This document shows, one piece after another, positions 1-10,211 of a stretch of 32,000 nucleotides of DNA. The position numbers and the translations under genes are program-made. Position 1 is the first letter of the stretch; every line of letters begins with the position of its first letter. Origin of the DNA: a cyanobacterium endosymbiont of Braarudosphaera bigelowii (GTDB lineage Bacteria > Cyanobacteriota > Cyanobacteriia > Cyanobacteriales > Microcystaceae); NCBI RefSeq assembly GCF_020885515.1, contig NZ_AP024987.1, positions 660,001-692,000 on the forward strand, read 5' to 3'. The notes under the pieces were generated by a model, which was given only the letters and a program-made list of their open reading frames with translations, was not told the DNA's origin and ran no database searches.

Positions 1-1079
1 AGTTAAGTAAAATTTTATTTGAAAAGTTACAGCTAAGTACTAAAAAATCTAAAAAAATAATAACTGGATATTCAACTGATCATGCTACTTTAGAAAAATT
101 AAAAGGCGATCATTCAATTATTGATCATCTTTTAGAATACAGGACTTTATCTAAATTACAATCAACTTATATTGATACTTTACCAATACTAGTCGATAGG
201 AAAACATGTCGAATACATACTAGTTTCAATCAATCTATTACTGCAACGGGAAGATTATCTTCCTCCAATCCAAATTTACAAAATATTCCTATTAGAACTG
301 AATTATCCCGTAAGATTAGAAAAGCCTTTATTCCTCCTAAAGAATGGTTATTAGTTTCAGCAGACTATTCACAAATTGAATTAAGAATTTTAGCTTATTT
401 AAGTCAAGAACCTTTACTAGTAAACGCTTATTGCAACTATCAAGATATTCATACTGTTACAGCACAGTTATTATTCGATAAAAAAGAAATTACGACAGAG
501 GAAAGAAATTTAGGAAAAACTATTAATTTTGGTGTTATTTATGGAATGGGTTCACAAAGGTTTGCAAGAGAAGCAGGCGTAACAATAGCTAAAGGAAAAG
601 ATTTTATTAAAAAGTATCATGAACGATATACAAAAGTATTTGAGTTCCTTGAAAATGTAAAAATAGAAGCTATCACAAAGGGATACGTCACAACAATATT
701 AGGAAGAAGACGTTATTTTAACTTTTATAGTGATAGTTTGCGCAATTTATATGGATGTGACTCTAGTAAAATCAATTTAGAGGAACTAAAGTATAGTTAT
801 AAAGATTCTCAACTATTGAGAGCTGCTGCTAATGCTCCAATACAAGGTTCAAGTGCCGATATTATTAAAGTTGCAATGATTAAAATAGAGAAACTGTTAA
901 AAAATTATCAAGCTAAATTACTATTACAAGTTCATGATGAGTTAGTATTCGAGATACCTCTCGAAGAACTAGAAGAATTAAAGAATAAGATAAAACAAAT
1001 TATGGAAAAATCTGTGGATTTAACTATTCCCTTGCTGGTAGAAGTAAAATCTGGAGTTAATTGGATGGAGGCTAAATAG
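1..1079 (+). CDS. polA: DNA polymerase I, C-terminal polymerase domain (5' end lies outside the window)
   Basis: Frame 3 is open from the window edge (first full codon at 3) to the stop at 1077-1079. The translation carries family-A polymerase motifs: TGRLSSSNPNLQNIP, DYSQIELRILA (motif A), RNLGKTINFGVIYG (motif B) and QVHDELVFE (motif C). The ATG at 546 in the ORF track is internal. Confidence 0.95.
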   Translation, partial: LSKILFEKLQLSTKKSKKIITGYSTDHATLEKLKGDHSIIDHLLEYRTLSKLQSTYIDTLPILVDRKTCRIHTSFNQSITATGRLSSSNPNLQNIPIRTELSRKIRKAFIPPKEWLLVSADYSQIELRILAYLSQEPLLVNAYCNYQDIHTVTAQLLFDKKEITTEERNLGKTINFGVIYGMGSQRFAREAGVTIAKGKDFIKKYHERYTKVFEFLENVKIEAITKGYVTTILGRRRYFNFYSDSLRNLYGCDSSKINLEELKYSYKDSQLLRAAANAPIQGSSADIIKVAMIKIEKLLKNYQAKLLLQVHDELVFEIPLEELEELKNKIKQIMEKSVDLTIPLLVEVKSGVNWMEAK

Positions 1080-1429
1080 ATTCAACTACTATACTACAAA
1101 ATATAGTTTTACTTAAAATCTTCAATATACAAGATAAGGAATTTAAAACAGAAAGAGGTTTATTAGTTTTTATTAATAGTAAATAACAATGATATTGTTT
1201 ACTTAAGTTATATTAAGCTTTAAAATAAACTTGTAAAATACATTTCTAAAAATTAATAAGTGTACACCATCTAACTTTAACAAAACAGTTTAATCTTAAT
1301 ATATAGTTGTTTAGATTACTAATAATATAAAGTTAGATTGTTAAACAGTTAATTTAAAAAAATTTCTATGTATTTTAAATTTCTTTAACTTTTCACAATA
1401 AAAGAGTTAATCATAGGTAACTATCATAT

Positions 1430-2041
1430 ATGTTAGGACAAGACTGGTTAGTAAAAAATAATGGTAAGTTAATATCGCTTAATTCACCTCGAGATTGGGA
1501 TTTATTAAACCCGTCTTCTCCTTATCGACTATATCAGTTTTTAATAGAGCTAGATAATATAATGAGTGACGTTGATAGAGGAAAGGAAATTGAAGAGAAA
1601 TATCTCTTAAGATTGAGACATTTAACCAGAAAGTTAATAGTTAATACTCCTTGGATTAGCAATAATCTATCCACCTCTAATATATCAGCACTATATGATG
1701 AGCCAGGTTATCCATACACTCTTCAGAGAGAAATTATGCTTCCTGGTAGTAGTACATTTATTCATAATCATGGAACTTGGGCAATTGTAGCAACATTACA
1801 AGGAATGCAAAAAAATATTTTATGGGAACCTTTTCCAGCTCTAGAATATCCCCATAAAATTAGAAAAACTTATGAAAAAGTTTTTCAACCTGGGGATATC
1901 GTAAGTTTTACAAATGATGCCATTCATTCTGTTGAAGCTGTAGGTGAGGAACCAAGTGTTACTTTAAATATTTATGGAGAAACTGATGCATTGAAGAGAT
2001 TAAAATTTGATATTGATCATAATTGTTCTTATCGCTTTTAG
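1430..2041 (+). CDS. Cupin-fold metalloprotein, cysteine dioxygenase type I-like (function unproven)
   Basis: 203-aa ORF with a 3-His-type cupin signature: FIHNHGTWAIV (H-x-H) plus a downstream AIHSVEAVG. It sits as a stand-alone ORF after a 350-bp spacer. Confidence 0.6.
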   Translation: MLGQDWLVKNNGKLISLNSPRDWDLLNPSSPYRLYQFLIELDNIMSDVDRGKEIEEKYLLRLRHLTRKLIVNTPWISNNLSTSNISALYDEPGYPYTLQREIMLPGSSTFIHNHGTWAIVATLQGMQKNILWEPFPALEYPHKIRKTYEKVFQPGDIVSFTNDAIHSVEAVGEEPSVTLNIYGETDALKRLKFDIDHNCSYRF

Positions 2042-2052
2042 AAGGTTTCTAA

Positions 2053-2259
2053 CTATAGTATTTTTTTAAATTTATCAAAATATAAAGGTACTGCAACAAG
2101 ACTTAACTTTAATATCCATGGAGCAAGTACGAGAGTTATAAATAATGATAATAATGCAAGACATCCCATAGAAACTTTAACTATATCTTCTTTTAGATTG
2201 AGACTCAAAAAAGCAGACATTGAAGCAATACCTAAGGTAATTAAAGAAGTGACTAACAT
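2053..2259 (-). CDS. Hypothetical small membrane protein (two predicted TM helices)
   Basis: 68-aa ORF with two hydrophobic stretches (LITLGIASMSAFLSL and CLALLSLFITLVLAPWIL). A GAGG lies 11 nt upstream of the ATG. I recognise no family. Confidence 0.35.
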   Translation of the reverse strand: MLVTSLITLGIASMSAFLSLNLKEDIVKVSMGCLALLSLFITLVLAPWILKLSLVAVPLYFDKFKKIL

Positions 2260-2629
2260 TTTTTATGCTACCTCATAGTTACTTGTAGTATTGAAAGCTT
2301 TCGATTAAGAAAAATCTGATTTGTAGCTTTTTTAAACATAGTTATTTTTTAAGGCACCATGCAGTGCTAATAAATAGTTCTTATGCTAGTAACGCTACAC
2401 AATTCTTAATACAAGTGTCAAGTTAAAGTATGAATATAGTTTAGATACTTATAAATAGAAAAAAAATTGTACTTTCATATCTCAATTAATTTTTTAAGGT
2501 CTTTGTCATACTAACTATTAGAGCTAAAGTTGAATCAATTTTACTAATATCGAATATTAACCATTTTGTTTTTTAGAATGTTGTATTTAATAAAAAGTAG
2601 TTTGTATTTTATGATTGATTTCCAGTCAA

Positions 2630-3325
2630 TCATAAATATCCTTGCTTTACTAAAAAATCTGAACTGATATCTGAATTAATGTTAGATTTTTTAGATATTA
2701 AAGTTTTACTGATAAATTTCTCTACATATTTGCCTAAAATATCTCCTTCAATATTTACTAAATCACCAGGTTTTAGATAACAGAGATTAGTATGTGTATA
2801 GGTATGAGGTATTACTGCAATTGTAAACCAAGTTCCTGATAGATCACATTCAGCTATAGTCAAACTGATACCATTAACAGCTATACTTCCTTTTGTAATC
2901 AAATATGGTTGAATAAAATCAGACCATTCTTGGACTCTTGAATACGGAGCTGCAAAAGTTAGTTCCCAAGCTTTATTAGTGGGAGTGCAACTTACTAAAG
3001 AGCCTATTCCGTCTACGTGACCAGTAACAAAGTGACCACCTAATTTGCTCCCTACACATAATGAAGACTCTAAATTAACATAATTGGTAGTTTTTACTTT
3101 TTGAGATAAATTAGTTCTTTGTAAAGTTTCAGAAGAAACAGTGGCGATAAAACCATCTTCTGTTAAGTTTTCTGCCGTTAAACATACACCATCTACAGCT
3201 ATGCTATCTCCTATTGATAAAGTGGATAAAATACTTGTAGTAGAGGGTTTTAAAACGGTAAGAATAAAACGATTAGATTCAAGAGAATCCATCATACCAA
3301 GATTTTCAATCAAACCAGTAAACAT
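2630..3325 (-). CDS. ribE: Riboflavin synthase (alpha chain)
   Basis: Canonical MFTGLIE N-terminus and two internal lumazine-binding repeats (GDSIAVDGVCLT and GSIAVNGISLT). Confidence 0.92.
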   Translation of the reverse strand: MFTGLIENLGMMDSLESNRFILTVLKPSTTSILSTLSIGDSIAVDGVCLTAENLTEDGFIATVSSETLQRTNLSQKVKTTNYVNLESSLCVGSKLGGHFVTGHVDGIGSLVSCTPTNKAWELTFAAPYSRVQEWSDFIQPYLITKGSIAVNGISLTIAECDLSGTWFTIAVIPHTYTHTNLCYLKPGDLVNIEGDILGKYVEKFISKTLISKKSNINSDISSDFLVKQGYL

Positions 3326-3751
3326 TTCTGTAATTATTAAAAAAGTTATCTATATTTTGATATGTAGTACGAATATAACTTATTATCCCAAAAAAAGTAT
3401 TCAACTATTATTAGGTTCATTAATTAGCTCAAATAAATCTAGTATGTATTATGAAAAATATGTATATCACAATTATTAGATAATCTTCATTATGAACTAT
3501 GAAATTTTTCAAACAAATAACTCAGTTTTAAGTATTTCTTAATTAGAAAATATTCAGTGTAAGATTAAATTATTTTCCAATCATATATAAACAACTAAAA
3601 CGGTTCTAAATGTTAATAATAAATACTCTAGATAGCAGAATGTTTACTTATATTTCTATACTATAAGTATAGTTTACTGATTTAAGAGAAATGTCTATAT
3701 TAATCTATAGAATAAAGATTTGAAGATACATGGTTGTATATATGATTCCCG

Positions 3752-5020
3752 TTAAGTAATTTGTTTTTTCTTTATTCTTTTTCCAATTACGTTAGCATCT
3801 ATATTGTAATAACTTGCTGCTTGTGAATTATTAAAGCTTAATCTCTCTTCATCCTTTAACCTGTATCGAACAACTGGTTTAATAGGTAATATATCTAAAG
3901 CTTTAATAATTTCTTTGGCGATAGCTCTTGCTAATAAAGGGGGTACTGAATTACCAACTTGTCGAAATCCATGCCACTTAGTCACATGAAATCTAAACCA
4001 ATCAGGATAAGAATGCAATCTTGCAGCTTCTCTGACAGTAATACATCTAGGAGTAAAGGGATGAATAGGTCGAGGAGATGTGTATGATCCTCTATTACTA
4101 GGTGTTCCAGCTCTTAAAGTATTACAAAAACCTTCTGGGTGCAATTTGAAAAATCTGCTAATAGGTTCCTTTTGACCTTGAGGGGTTTTTTGAAATCTTT
4201 CAATCAATTTTTTTGTGTGCTTTGTTCTTAAACTGGAAGTTAAAAGATTCTTATCATATATTCTTTGATAAGAAAAATTATCACTGGAGTTAAGAATACT
4301 TTGAACATAATCATTATGTTCAAAGTAGTTAACTTTAATCCAATCCTTGTAGTTTAGCTCTGGATAATAGTTAACTTCAGGTAAATTACTGATAGCTTGA
4401 CTTACTGTTGGAGTAAAAGGAATAGTGAAATTTACGTTTCTTTCGTAATTAGTCAAAAATTGAGGATATTTAGGAAGAGGTAAATTTGATTTTGCTCCTA
4501 GAAGAAAAAGTCTTTTTCTTATTTGTGGAACTCCGTAGTTAGCAGAATTCAATATTCTATAATTTGTTTGGATCTGATAATTATTGGCATTGAATTTATT
4601 AAATATTTCTTCTAAGAATATTTGATTATTTTTCGTAGCCATACCAGGAACATTTTCAATTACAAAGTACTTAGGCTGTAATTCTAGAACTAAGCGAATA
4701 AAATGTTTAACTAAATCATTACGACTATCTTTTGGATCTCGTTTACCTATCGAAGAAAAACCTTGACAAGGTGGACCGCCAAAAACAACATCAATATCCC
4801 TATCTCCAATATGAGATAAATTTTTAATTGTCATAGCATTTATTATAGAAACATCAGAACATATAGTTGTCCAAAATGGAAAATTATATTGATGAACAGC
4901 ACAGTGAATTGGATCAATTTCTATAGCTCCTAAAACATCAAATCCAGCTTGTTCAAAACCAAGTGTCATTCCTCCCACACCGGCGAATAAGTCAATAGCA
5001 ATAGGACGTTTTTGATTCAT
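3752..5020 (-). CDS. dcm: DNA (cytosine-5)-methyltransferase, solitary
   Basis: C5-MTase motifs occur in order: I DLFAGVGGMTLGF, IV GGPPCQGFS, VI FVIENVPG, VIII QIRKRLFLLG and X GNSVPPLLA. A long variable (target recognition) region lies between VIII and the C-terminal motifs. Confidence 0.92.
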   Translation of the reverse strand: MNQKRPIAIDLFAGVGGMTLGFEQAGFDVLGAIEIDPIHCAVHQYNFPFWTTICSDVSIINAMTIKNLSHIGDRDIDVVFGGPPCQGFSSIGKRDPKDSRNDLVKHFIRLVLELQPKYFVIENVPGMATKNNQIFLEEIFNKFNANNYQIQTNYRILNSANYGVPQIRKRLFLLGAKSNLPLPKYPQFLTNYERNVNFTIPFTPTVSQAISNLPEVNYYPELNYKDWIKVNYFEHNDYVQSILNSSDNFSYQRIYDKNLLTSSLRTKHTKKLIERFQKTPQGQKEPISRFFKLHPEGFCNTLRAGTPSNRGSYTSPRPIHPFTPRCITVREAARLHSYPDWFRFHVTKWHGFRQVGNSVPPLLARAIAKEIIKALDILPIKPVVRYRLKDEERLSFNNSQAASYYNIDANVIGKRIKKKQIT

Positions 5021-5208
5021 ATAATTATTCTGATAATGTAGAAAAATTAATATTGATAAGTTAGTCTAAATCAATTTTTATATTTTTAGTAATTATATTG
5101 AACATAAAAACTATTAATCTATTAAAGTTTTTTAGTAAATTGATATCTTGAATAGGTTAACAGGAAAATTTTTGGGATATATACCTTAGAGTTATTTCAA
5201 TAAATAAA

Positions 5209-6459
5209 TTATCCATCTTCTAATAATCTATTTTTTTCTTTTAAAAATTTAATTGCTTCCTGATACTGTATGTCTTTTACTGTTGCAATCTCATCATAAG
5301 TAAGTGGCCCTTCTGAAATAAATCTATCCGGTTGAATACCTAATTTATGAATATTTCTATGATTAGGAGTTTCGTATCTAGCTACAGTAATAGCTAAGCT
5401 AGAATTATCAGACAATTCAAATAAAGATTGAATTAGACCTTTCCCAAAAGTTCTTTCACCCAACAATATTGCTCTTTTGCTATCTTGTAAAGCTCCTGCC
5501 AGGATTTCACTAGAACTTGCAGTACCTTTGTTAACCAATAAAACTAATGGAGCATTTGTTAATGGTGTTCCAAAAGAACTAAAACTATCCTGAATACCTT
5601 GACGATTGATAGTATAAACTATCGTCCCTTTATTCATCCATAGACGAGCAATATCAATTCCGCCTTGTAAAAGTCCTCCGGGATTATCTCTTAAATCCAA
5701 AATATAAGATTTTGCACCTTCTTTCCTAAGCTTCTCAATGGCCTTTTTCATTTCTTCAGCAGCATTTGCACTAAATTTATCTAAACGAATATAACCAATA
5801 AATAAATTAGGTAAAGTTTTTTCTATATTGACTATTAAAGGACTTAAAGATATATGCTTACGAATAATCTTATTTTGATATATTTTTTTATCTTGAGAAG
5901 AAAATATAGTTAAAGTAATTTCTGTACCAATTGGTCCGCGCATTTTTTCAGCAGCTTGATCTAAGGTTAAGCTATTAGTACTGATACCGTCAATTTCTAG
6001 AACCAAATCATGTGATCTAATACCAGCAAAATATGCAGGAGAGTTTTTAAGAGAAGAGACAACTTCTAAGTCGCCAGTTTTAGAATTAACTTGAATTCGT
6101 AAACCTACTCCTAATAATTCTCCTGAAGTCTCAATTTGTAGGTTATGGTATTGTTCTGGCCTCAGTAAACGAGTAAAAGGTTCGTCAAGTGTGATTAGCA
6201 TTTCATCAATTGCCTTATAAGTATCTTCTCGTGTCTTGAGAGAATACTTTAATAAATCTTGTCTTACTAAATGCCAATTTTGATGATTAAAAGTGTCATC
6301 TAAATAAGATGTGTTCAGTAAATCCCAAGATTCTAATAATAATTTTTGATTTTTAGTGAGAGCATAAGCATCGGCAGTTAAAATAAAGTAACTATAAAGA
6401 ATTAGAGTAACAAAAAAAAATATAAATTTAGAAAAATTTCCTTTCATAAGATCAGTCAA
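5209..6459 (-). CDS. Carboxyl-terminal processing (tail-specific) protease, peptidase S41, CtpA/B/C family
   Basis: N-terminal signal/TM segment, a PDZ-like central region, the catalytic Ser context GTASSSEILAGAL and the Lys context TFGKGLIQ. The track start at 6459 is TTG. The ATG at 6447 (MKGNFSKF...) is a more likely start. Confidence 0.9.
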   Translation of the reverse strand: MTDLMKGNFSKFIFFFVTLILYSYFILTADAYALTKNQKLLLESWDLLNTSYLDDTFNHQNWHLVRQDLLKYSLKTREDTYKAIDEMLITLDEPFTRLLRPEQYHNLQIETSGELLGVGLRIQVNSKTGDLEVVSSLKNSPAYFAGIRSHDLVLEIDGISTNSLTLDQAAEKMRGPIGTEITLTIFSSQDKKIYQNKIIRKHISLSPLIVNIEKTLPNLFIGYIRLDKFSANAAEEMKKAIEKLRKEGAKSYILDLRDNPGGLLQGGIDIARLWMNKGTIVYTINRQGIQDSFSSFGTPLTNAPLVLLVNKGTASSSEILAGALQDSKRAILLGERTFGKGLIQSLFELSDNSSLAITVARYETPNHRNIHKLGIQPDRFISEGPLTYDEIATVKDIQYQEAIKFLKEKNRLLEDG

Positions 6460-6886
6460 AACAAAGTTTTTAGATGTAGAAAATATATTTTAACCTGGCC
6501 AAAAAATATTATAATTAAAATATCGTATTAATAAATATTGCTTGGACTTATTGTTATTCATACGATAGTAAAGATGCAACAATCCTAATTTAGAATAATA
6601 TTCTTTTATCAGAATAAAAGGCTACTATTGATTAACTAAGCTTATAAAAATTTGAAATAAATACTAATATTTATGTCTATGCTCAAGTTTCGTTGCAATA
6701 TAATCTATTGTAAGACTTTATCGTTACTATTCATCCATTATGTAAAAACTAAAATACTATCTTAAATAAAAACTCTATAATTTTATTCACTAGTTTTACA
6801 TACTATATAAACTAGAATAAATTTTATTTTATAGAATATGGTAGATATAATAAGATCTATAAACTTTTGAGAGAAGAGATTAGAAA

Positions 6887-7777
6887 GTGTCAATTAATTT
6901 TCAGGAAATTATTACAAAATTGAGTAATTTTTGGAGTAGCTATGGTTGTCTAATTTTACAGCCTTATGATATTGAAAAAGGTGCAGGAACTATGAATCCT
7001 AGTACATTTCTTAGAGCTATTGGTCCAGAACCCTGGTCAGTAGCATATGTGGAACCTTGTCGCCGTCCAACAGATGGTCGTTACGGCAAAAATCCTAACC
7101 GTTTTCAATATTATTTTCAGTACCAGGTGTTAATTAAGCCGTCTCTAGATAATATTCAAGAAGTCTATTTGGAATCTCTTAAAGCATTAGGTATTAAACC
7201 TCAAGATCATGATATTCGTTTTGTAGAAGATAATTGGGAATCGCCTACTTTAGGTGCATGGGGCGTGGGCTGGGAAGTATGGCTTGATGGGATGGAGGTT
7301 ACTCAATTTACTTACTTTCAACAATGTGGAGGAAAAGATTGTTATCCAACTCCTATAGAAATAACTTATGGCTTAGAAAGATTAGCAATGTATTTACAGG
7401 AGGTAGAGGTAATTACTGATATTCAATGGAATGAAAGTATCAACTATGGAGATATATTTCTACAAAGTGAAATAGAACAGTGCATATATAACTTTGAGGT
7501 ATCTAATTCTGATTTACTATTTCAATTATTCAACTTATATGAAAAAGAGGCTGAAAGATTAATTTCTAAAAAATTAGTTTCTCCTAGTTTAGACTATGTT
7601 TTAAAGTGTTCTCATTCATTTAATCTATTAGATGCTAGAGGAGTAATTTCAGTAGCAGAAAGAACTCTTTATATAGCTCGCATTCGTTCTTTAGCTAAAG
7701 AAATTGCCGACTTATACTTGGAGCAGAGAAGAAATCTTGATTTTCCTTTATTACATAAAGATATTAACTACTTTTAA
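6887..7777 (+). CDS. glyQ: Glycine--tRNA ligase alpha subunit
   Basis: The full length is highly conserved GlyQ sequence ([58 protein letters not shown]). The start codon is GTG. Confidence 0.95.
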   Translation: MSINFQEIITKLSNFWSSYGCLILQPYDIEKGAGTMNPSTFLRAIGPEPWSVAYVEPCRRPTDGRYGKNPNRFQYYFQYQVLIKPSLDNIQEVYLESLKALGIKPQDHDIRFVEDNWESPTLGAWGVGWEVWLDGMEVTQFTYFQQCGGKDCYPTPIEITYGLERLAMYLQEVEVITDIQWNESINYGDIFLQSEIEQCIYNFEVSNSDLLFQLFNLYEKEAERLISKKLVSPSLDYVLKCSHSFNLLDARGVISVAERTLYIARIRSLAKEIADLYLEQRRNLDFPLLHKDINYF

Positions 7778-7941
7778 CAGGATATTGACTTATAAAATCT
7801 TATTAATAAAATTGTAGAATACAATTACTCTTTATTAAAAAATAAAGTGTTCATAGTCAATAAATTATATATAGGCAATACCTCAACACTTAAATAAACT
7901 AATAATAATGGTTTTCAAGAATTAAAAAAATTTCTGAATAA

Positions 7942-8619
7942 TTACTTCCCTCGAATTGTAGAGTAGAGAGAAAGCTTCACAACTTTAGCTAACCCATTTT
8001 TTTGTTCTACTTTCTTCAAATTTTTAATTTTAGTTTCCAATTCTTTTACTACACTGGAATATTCCCAAATCTTACGTTGATTAGTTAAAATAGTAATACT
8101 TTTATAAGTTAAATTTGTTCCGTTTTTTTGTTTGTAATCATCAGCATGGTTCGTAATATCTTTTTTTAAAATTTCTTTTTCTTTTTCTAATTTATCTATT
8201 AAATTGCATATTTCTAAATATCTATCAATTTTTTGATGAAATGATAAGGATATAGAGTTAGGTATCTTTTCAGTATCTATTTGATTTTTATCTTGATTCC
8301 GAAAAGGTGTATAGAAAATAAGATACTCTGCTTCTATGTCTTCTAATTCTGTCTGATTACAAAGCAAGTAGTGGATTTTGTAGATATTATTTTGATACAA
8401 ATTTGATAAATCATAATTTAATAAATATTGCTTAAGATTCGTAGATTTGCTTACATAATATACATATCCAGATTTATTAGCCATTAAACAAATACCTATT
8501 TTTTCTGGTAATTTAGTTAAATTATCTAAGCTAACTGCTTTTAAATCTTCTAATAAAGGTAAATTTTGTAAGTTAGACATAAAAATTTCTCCGTCTTTCT
8601 TATAAAAGATAAAGTACAA
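7942..8619 (-). CDS. Hypothetical protein with a degenerate GIY-YIG-like N-terminal segment and a Lys/Glu-rich coiled-coil region
   Basis: PEKIGICLMANKSGYVYYVSKSTNLKQYLLNY resembles the UvrC-type GIY-YIG opening (PGVYLF..G.vlYVGKAKNLR.R). However, Gly of YVG is Ser here and the conserved Arg is Gln. The likely true start is the ATG at 8580 (MSNLQNL...), preceded by ACGGAGA 9 nt upstream. Confidence 0.55.
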   Translation of the reverse strand: MYFIFYKKDGEIFMSNLQNLPLLEDLKAVSLDNLTKLPEKIGICLMANKSGYVYYVSKSTNLKQYLLNYDLSNLYQNNIYKIHYLLCNQTELEDIEAEYLIFYTPFRNQDKNQIDTEKIPNSISLSFHQKIDRYLEICNLIDKLEKEKEILKKDITNHADDYKQKNGTNLTYKSITILTNQRKIWEYSSVVKELETKIKNLKKVEQKNGLAKVVKLSLYSTIRGK

Positions 8620-8665
8620 TTTAGAAAAATAATCATTAATATTAATAATACGATAATAAAAAATT

Positions 8666-10078
8666 ATGTTTGATGTTCTTAGTGATCGCTTAGAAGAAGC
8701 TTGGAAAAAACTACGTGGTCAAGATGCAATAACTCATACAAATATACAAGAAACTTTAAAAGAAGTTCGACGTGCTCTTTTAGAAGCAGACGTTAATTTA
8801 CAGGTAGTCAAAAATTTTATTATAGATGTTGAAAAATCTGCAATCGGTATAAAAGTCATTGGAGGAGTTAATCCTGGTCAACAGTTTATAAAAGTTGTTT
8901 ATGAAGAATTAGTAAAAGTTATGGGAGAAAGTGCTTCTCCTCTAGCTAGAGCAGAAAATAATCCTACAGTTATTTTAATGGTAGGTTTACAAGGAACTGG
9001 TAAAACAACTGCGACAGCAAAACTTGCTCACTATCTTAAAAAACAAAAACAAAGTTGTTTAATGGTTGCTGCAGATATATACCGTCCTGCAGCCATTGAT
9101 CAATTAAAAACACTAGGAGATCAAATTGAGATTCCAGTTTTTGAATTAGGTAATCAAGAAAACCCTGTTGATATCGCTATCCAAGGTGTTAATCGAGCAA
9201 AAGAAATGGACCTTGATGTAGTTATTATCGACACAGCAGGACGACTACAGGTTGATCAAGAAATGATGCTTGAATTGGCTCAAATAAAAGAAAGTATTAA
9301 TCCTGATGATACTTTACTAGTCGTAGATGCTATGACGGGTCAAGAAGCGGCTAATCTTGCTCAAGTTTTTCATGAGCAAATTAAAGTAACGGGCACAATA
9401 TTAACTAAGATGGATGGAGACACCAGAGGTGGAGCAGCCTTATCAGTTAGGCAGGTTTCAGGACAACCTATAAAGTTTGTTGGTGTTGGTGAAAAAATAG
9501 ATGCTTTGCAACTTTTTTATCCTGATCGAATGGCTTCTAGGATATTAAATATGGGAGATATCCTCACATTAGTGGAAAAAGCTCAGGAAGAAATTGATCT
9601 TTCTGATATGGAACAACTGCAATCGAAAATTCTAGATGCAAAATTCGACTTTAACGATTTTCTTAAACAAACGCGTCTAATGAAAAGCGTGGGATCATTT
9701 AGTAGTATTTTAAAAATGGTTCCAGGATTAAATAAAATTAACACCAAAGACATTGAAAAAGGAGAAAGTGAACTAAAACGTACTGAAGCTATGATCGGTT
9801 CTATGACATTGGAGGAACGAAAAAATCCAGATTTATTAGCAAAATCTCCAAGTCGTAGAAATCGTATTGCTAAAGGTTCAGGACACTCTGAAACTGAAAT
9901 TAGTAAACTAATCAAAAACTTTACTAGAATGCGTACAATGATGCAACAATTAGGAAAAGGTGGAATACCGGGAATGGGGAATGGAATACCAAGTATGGGA
10001 GATTTGTTTGGCCAAAAAGGAAACCAAAAGAAAAAAACGAAAAAAGTGAAAAAGAAAAAGGGTTTTGGAGATCTATAA
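8666..10078 (+). CDS. ffh: Signal recognition particle protein Ffh
   Basis: NG domain with GLQGTGKTT (G1), DTAGR (G3) and TKMDGD (G4). The M domain is Met-rich and ends in a basic tail. Confidence 0.96.
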   Translation: MFDVLSDRLEEAWKKLRGQDAITHTNIQETLKEVRRALLEADVNLQVVKNFIIDVEKSAIGIKVIGGVNPGQQFIKVVYEELVKVMGESASPLARAENNPTVILMVGLQGTGKTTATAKLAHYLKKQKQSCLMVAADIYRPAAIDQLKTLGDQIEIPVFELGNQENPVDIAIQGVNRAKEMDLDVVIIDTAGRLQVDQEMMLELAQIKESINPDDTLLVVDAMTGQEAANLAQVFHEQIKVTGTILTKMDGDTRGGAALSVRQVSGQPIKFVGVGEKIDALQLFYPDRMASRILNMGDILTLVEKAQEEIDLSDMEQLQSKILDAKFDFNDFLKQTRLMKSVGSFSSILKMVPGLNKINTKDIEKGESELKRTEAMIGSMTLEERKNPDLLAKSPSRRNRIAKGSGHSETEISKLIKNFTRMRTMMQQLGKGGIPGMGNGIPSMGDLFGQKGNQKKKTKKVKKKKGFGDL

Positions 10079-10211
10079 ATTTTAGTTTTAGATATGAAGA
10101 AGTTCTTAAAATATTTAGTCTTTGATAAAAAAATAAGTTTATTTAAAAAAACATAGATAACTTAATTAAATATAAAGAGTGCATAATCAATTAAATAAAT
10201 TGATTCCATCA

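Noticed and set aside
3141-3479. 112-aa plus-strand ORF overlapping ribE
   Set aside because: It is antisense to a confidently identified riboflavin synthase gene. The translation is low complexity with no motif, as expected for a shadow ORF in AT-rich DNA.
3326-3751. Possible relic of a vsr or restriction endonuclease gene downstream of dcm
   Set aside because: Reading the minus strand shows dense stop codons and no stretch resembling Vsr or any nuclease motif, so nothing supports the idea.
9583-9915. 110-aa minus-strand ORF inside ffh
   Set aside because: It is antisense to the conserved Ffh M domain, and the protein has no recognisable features.
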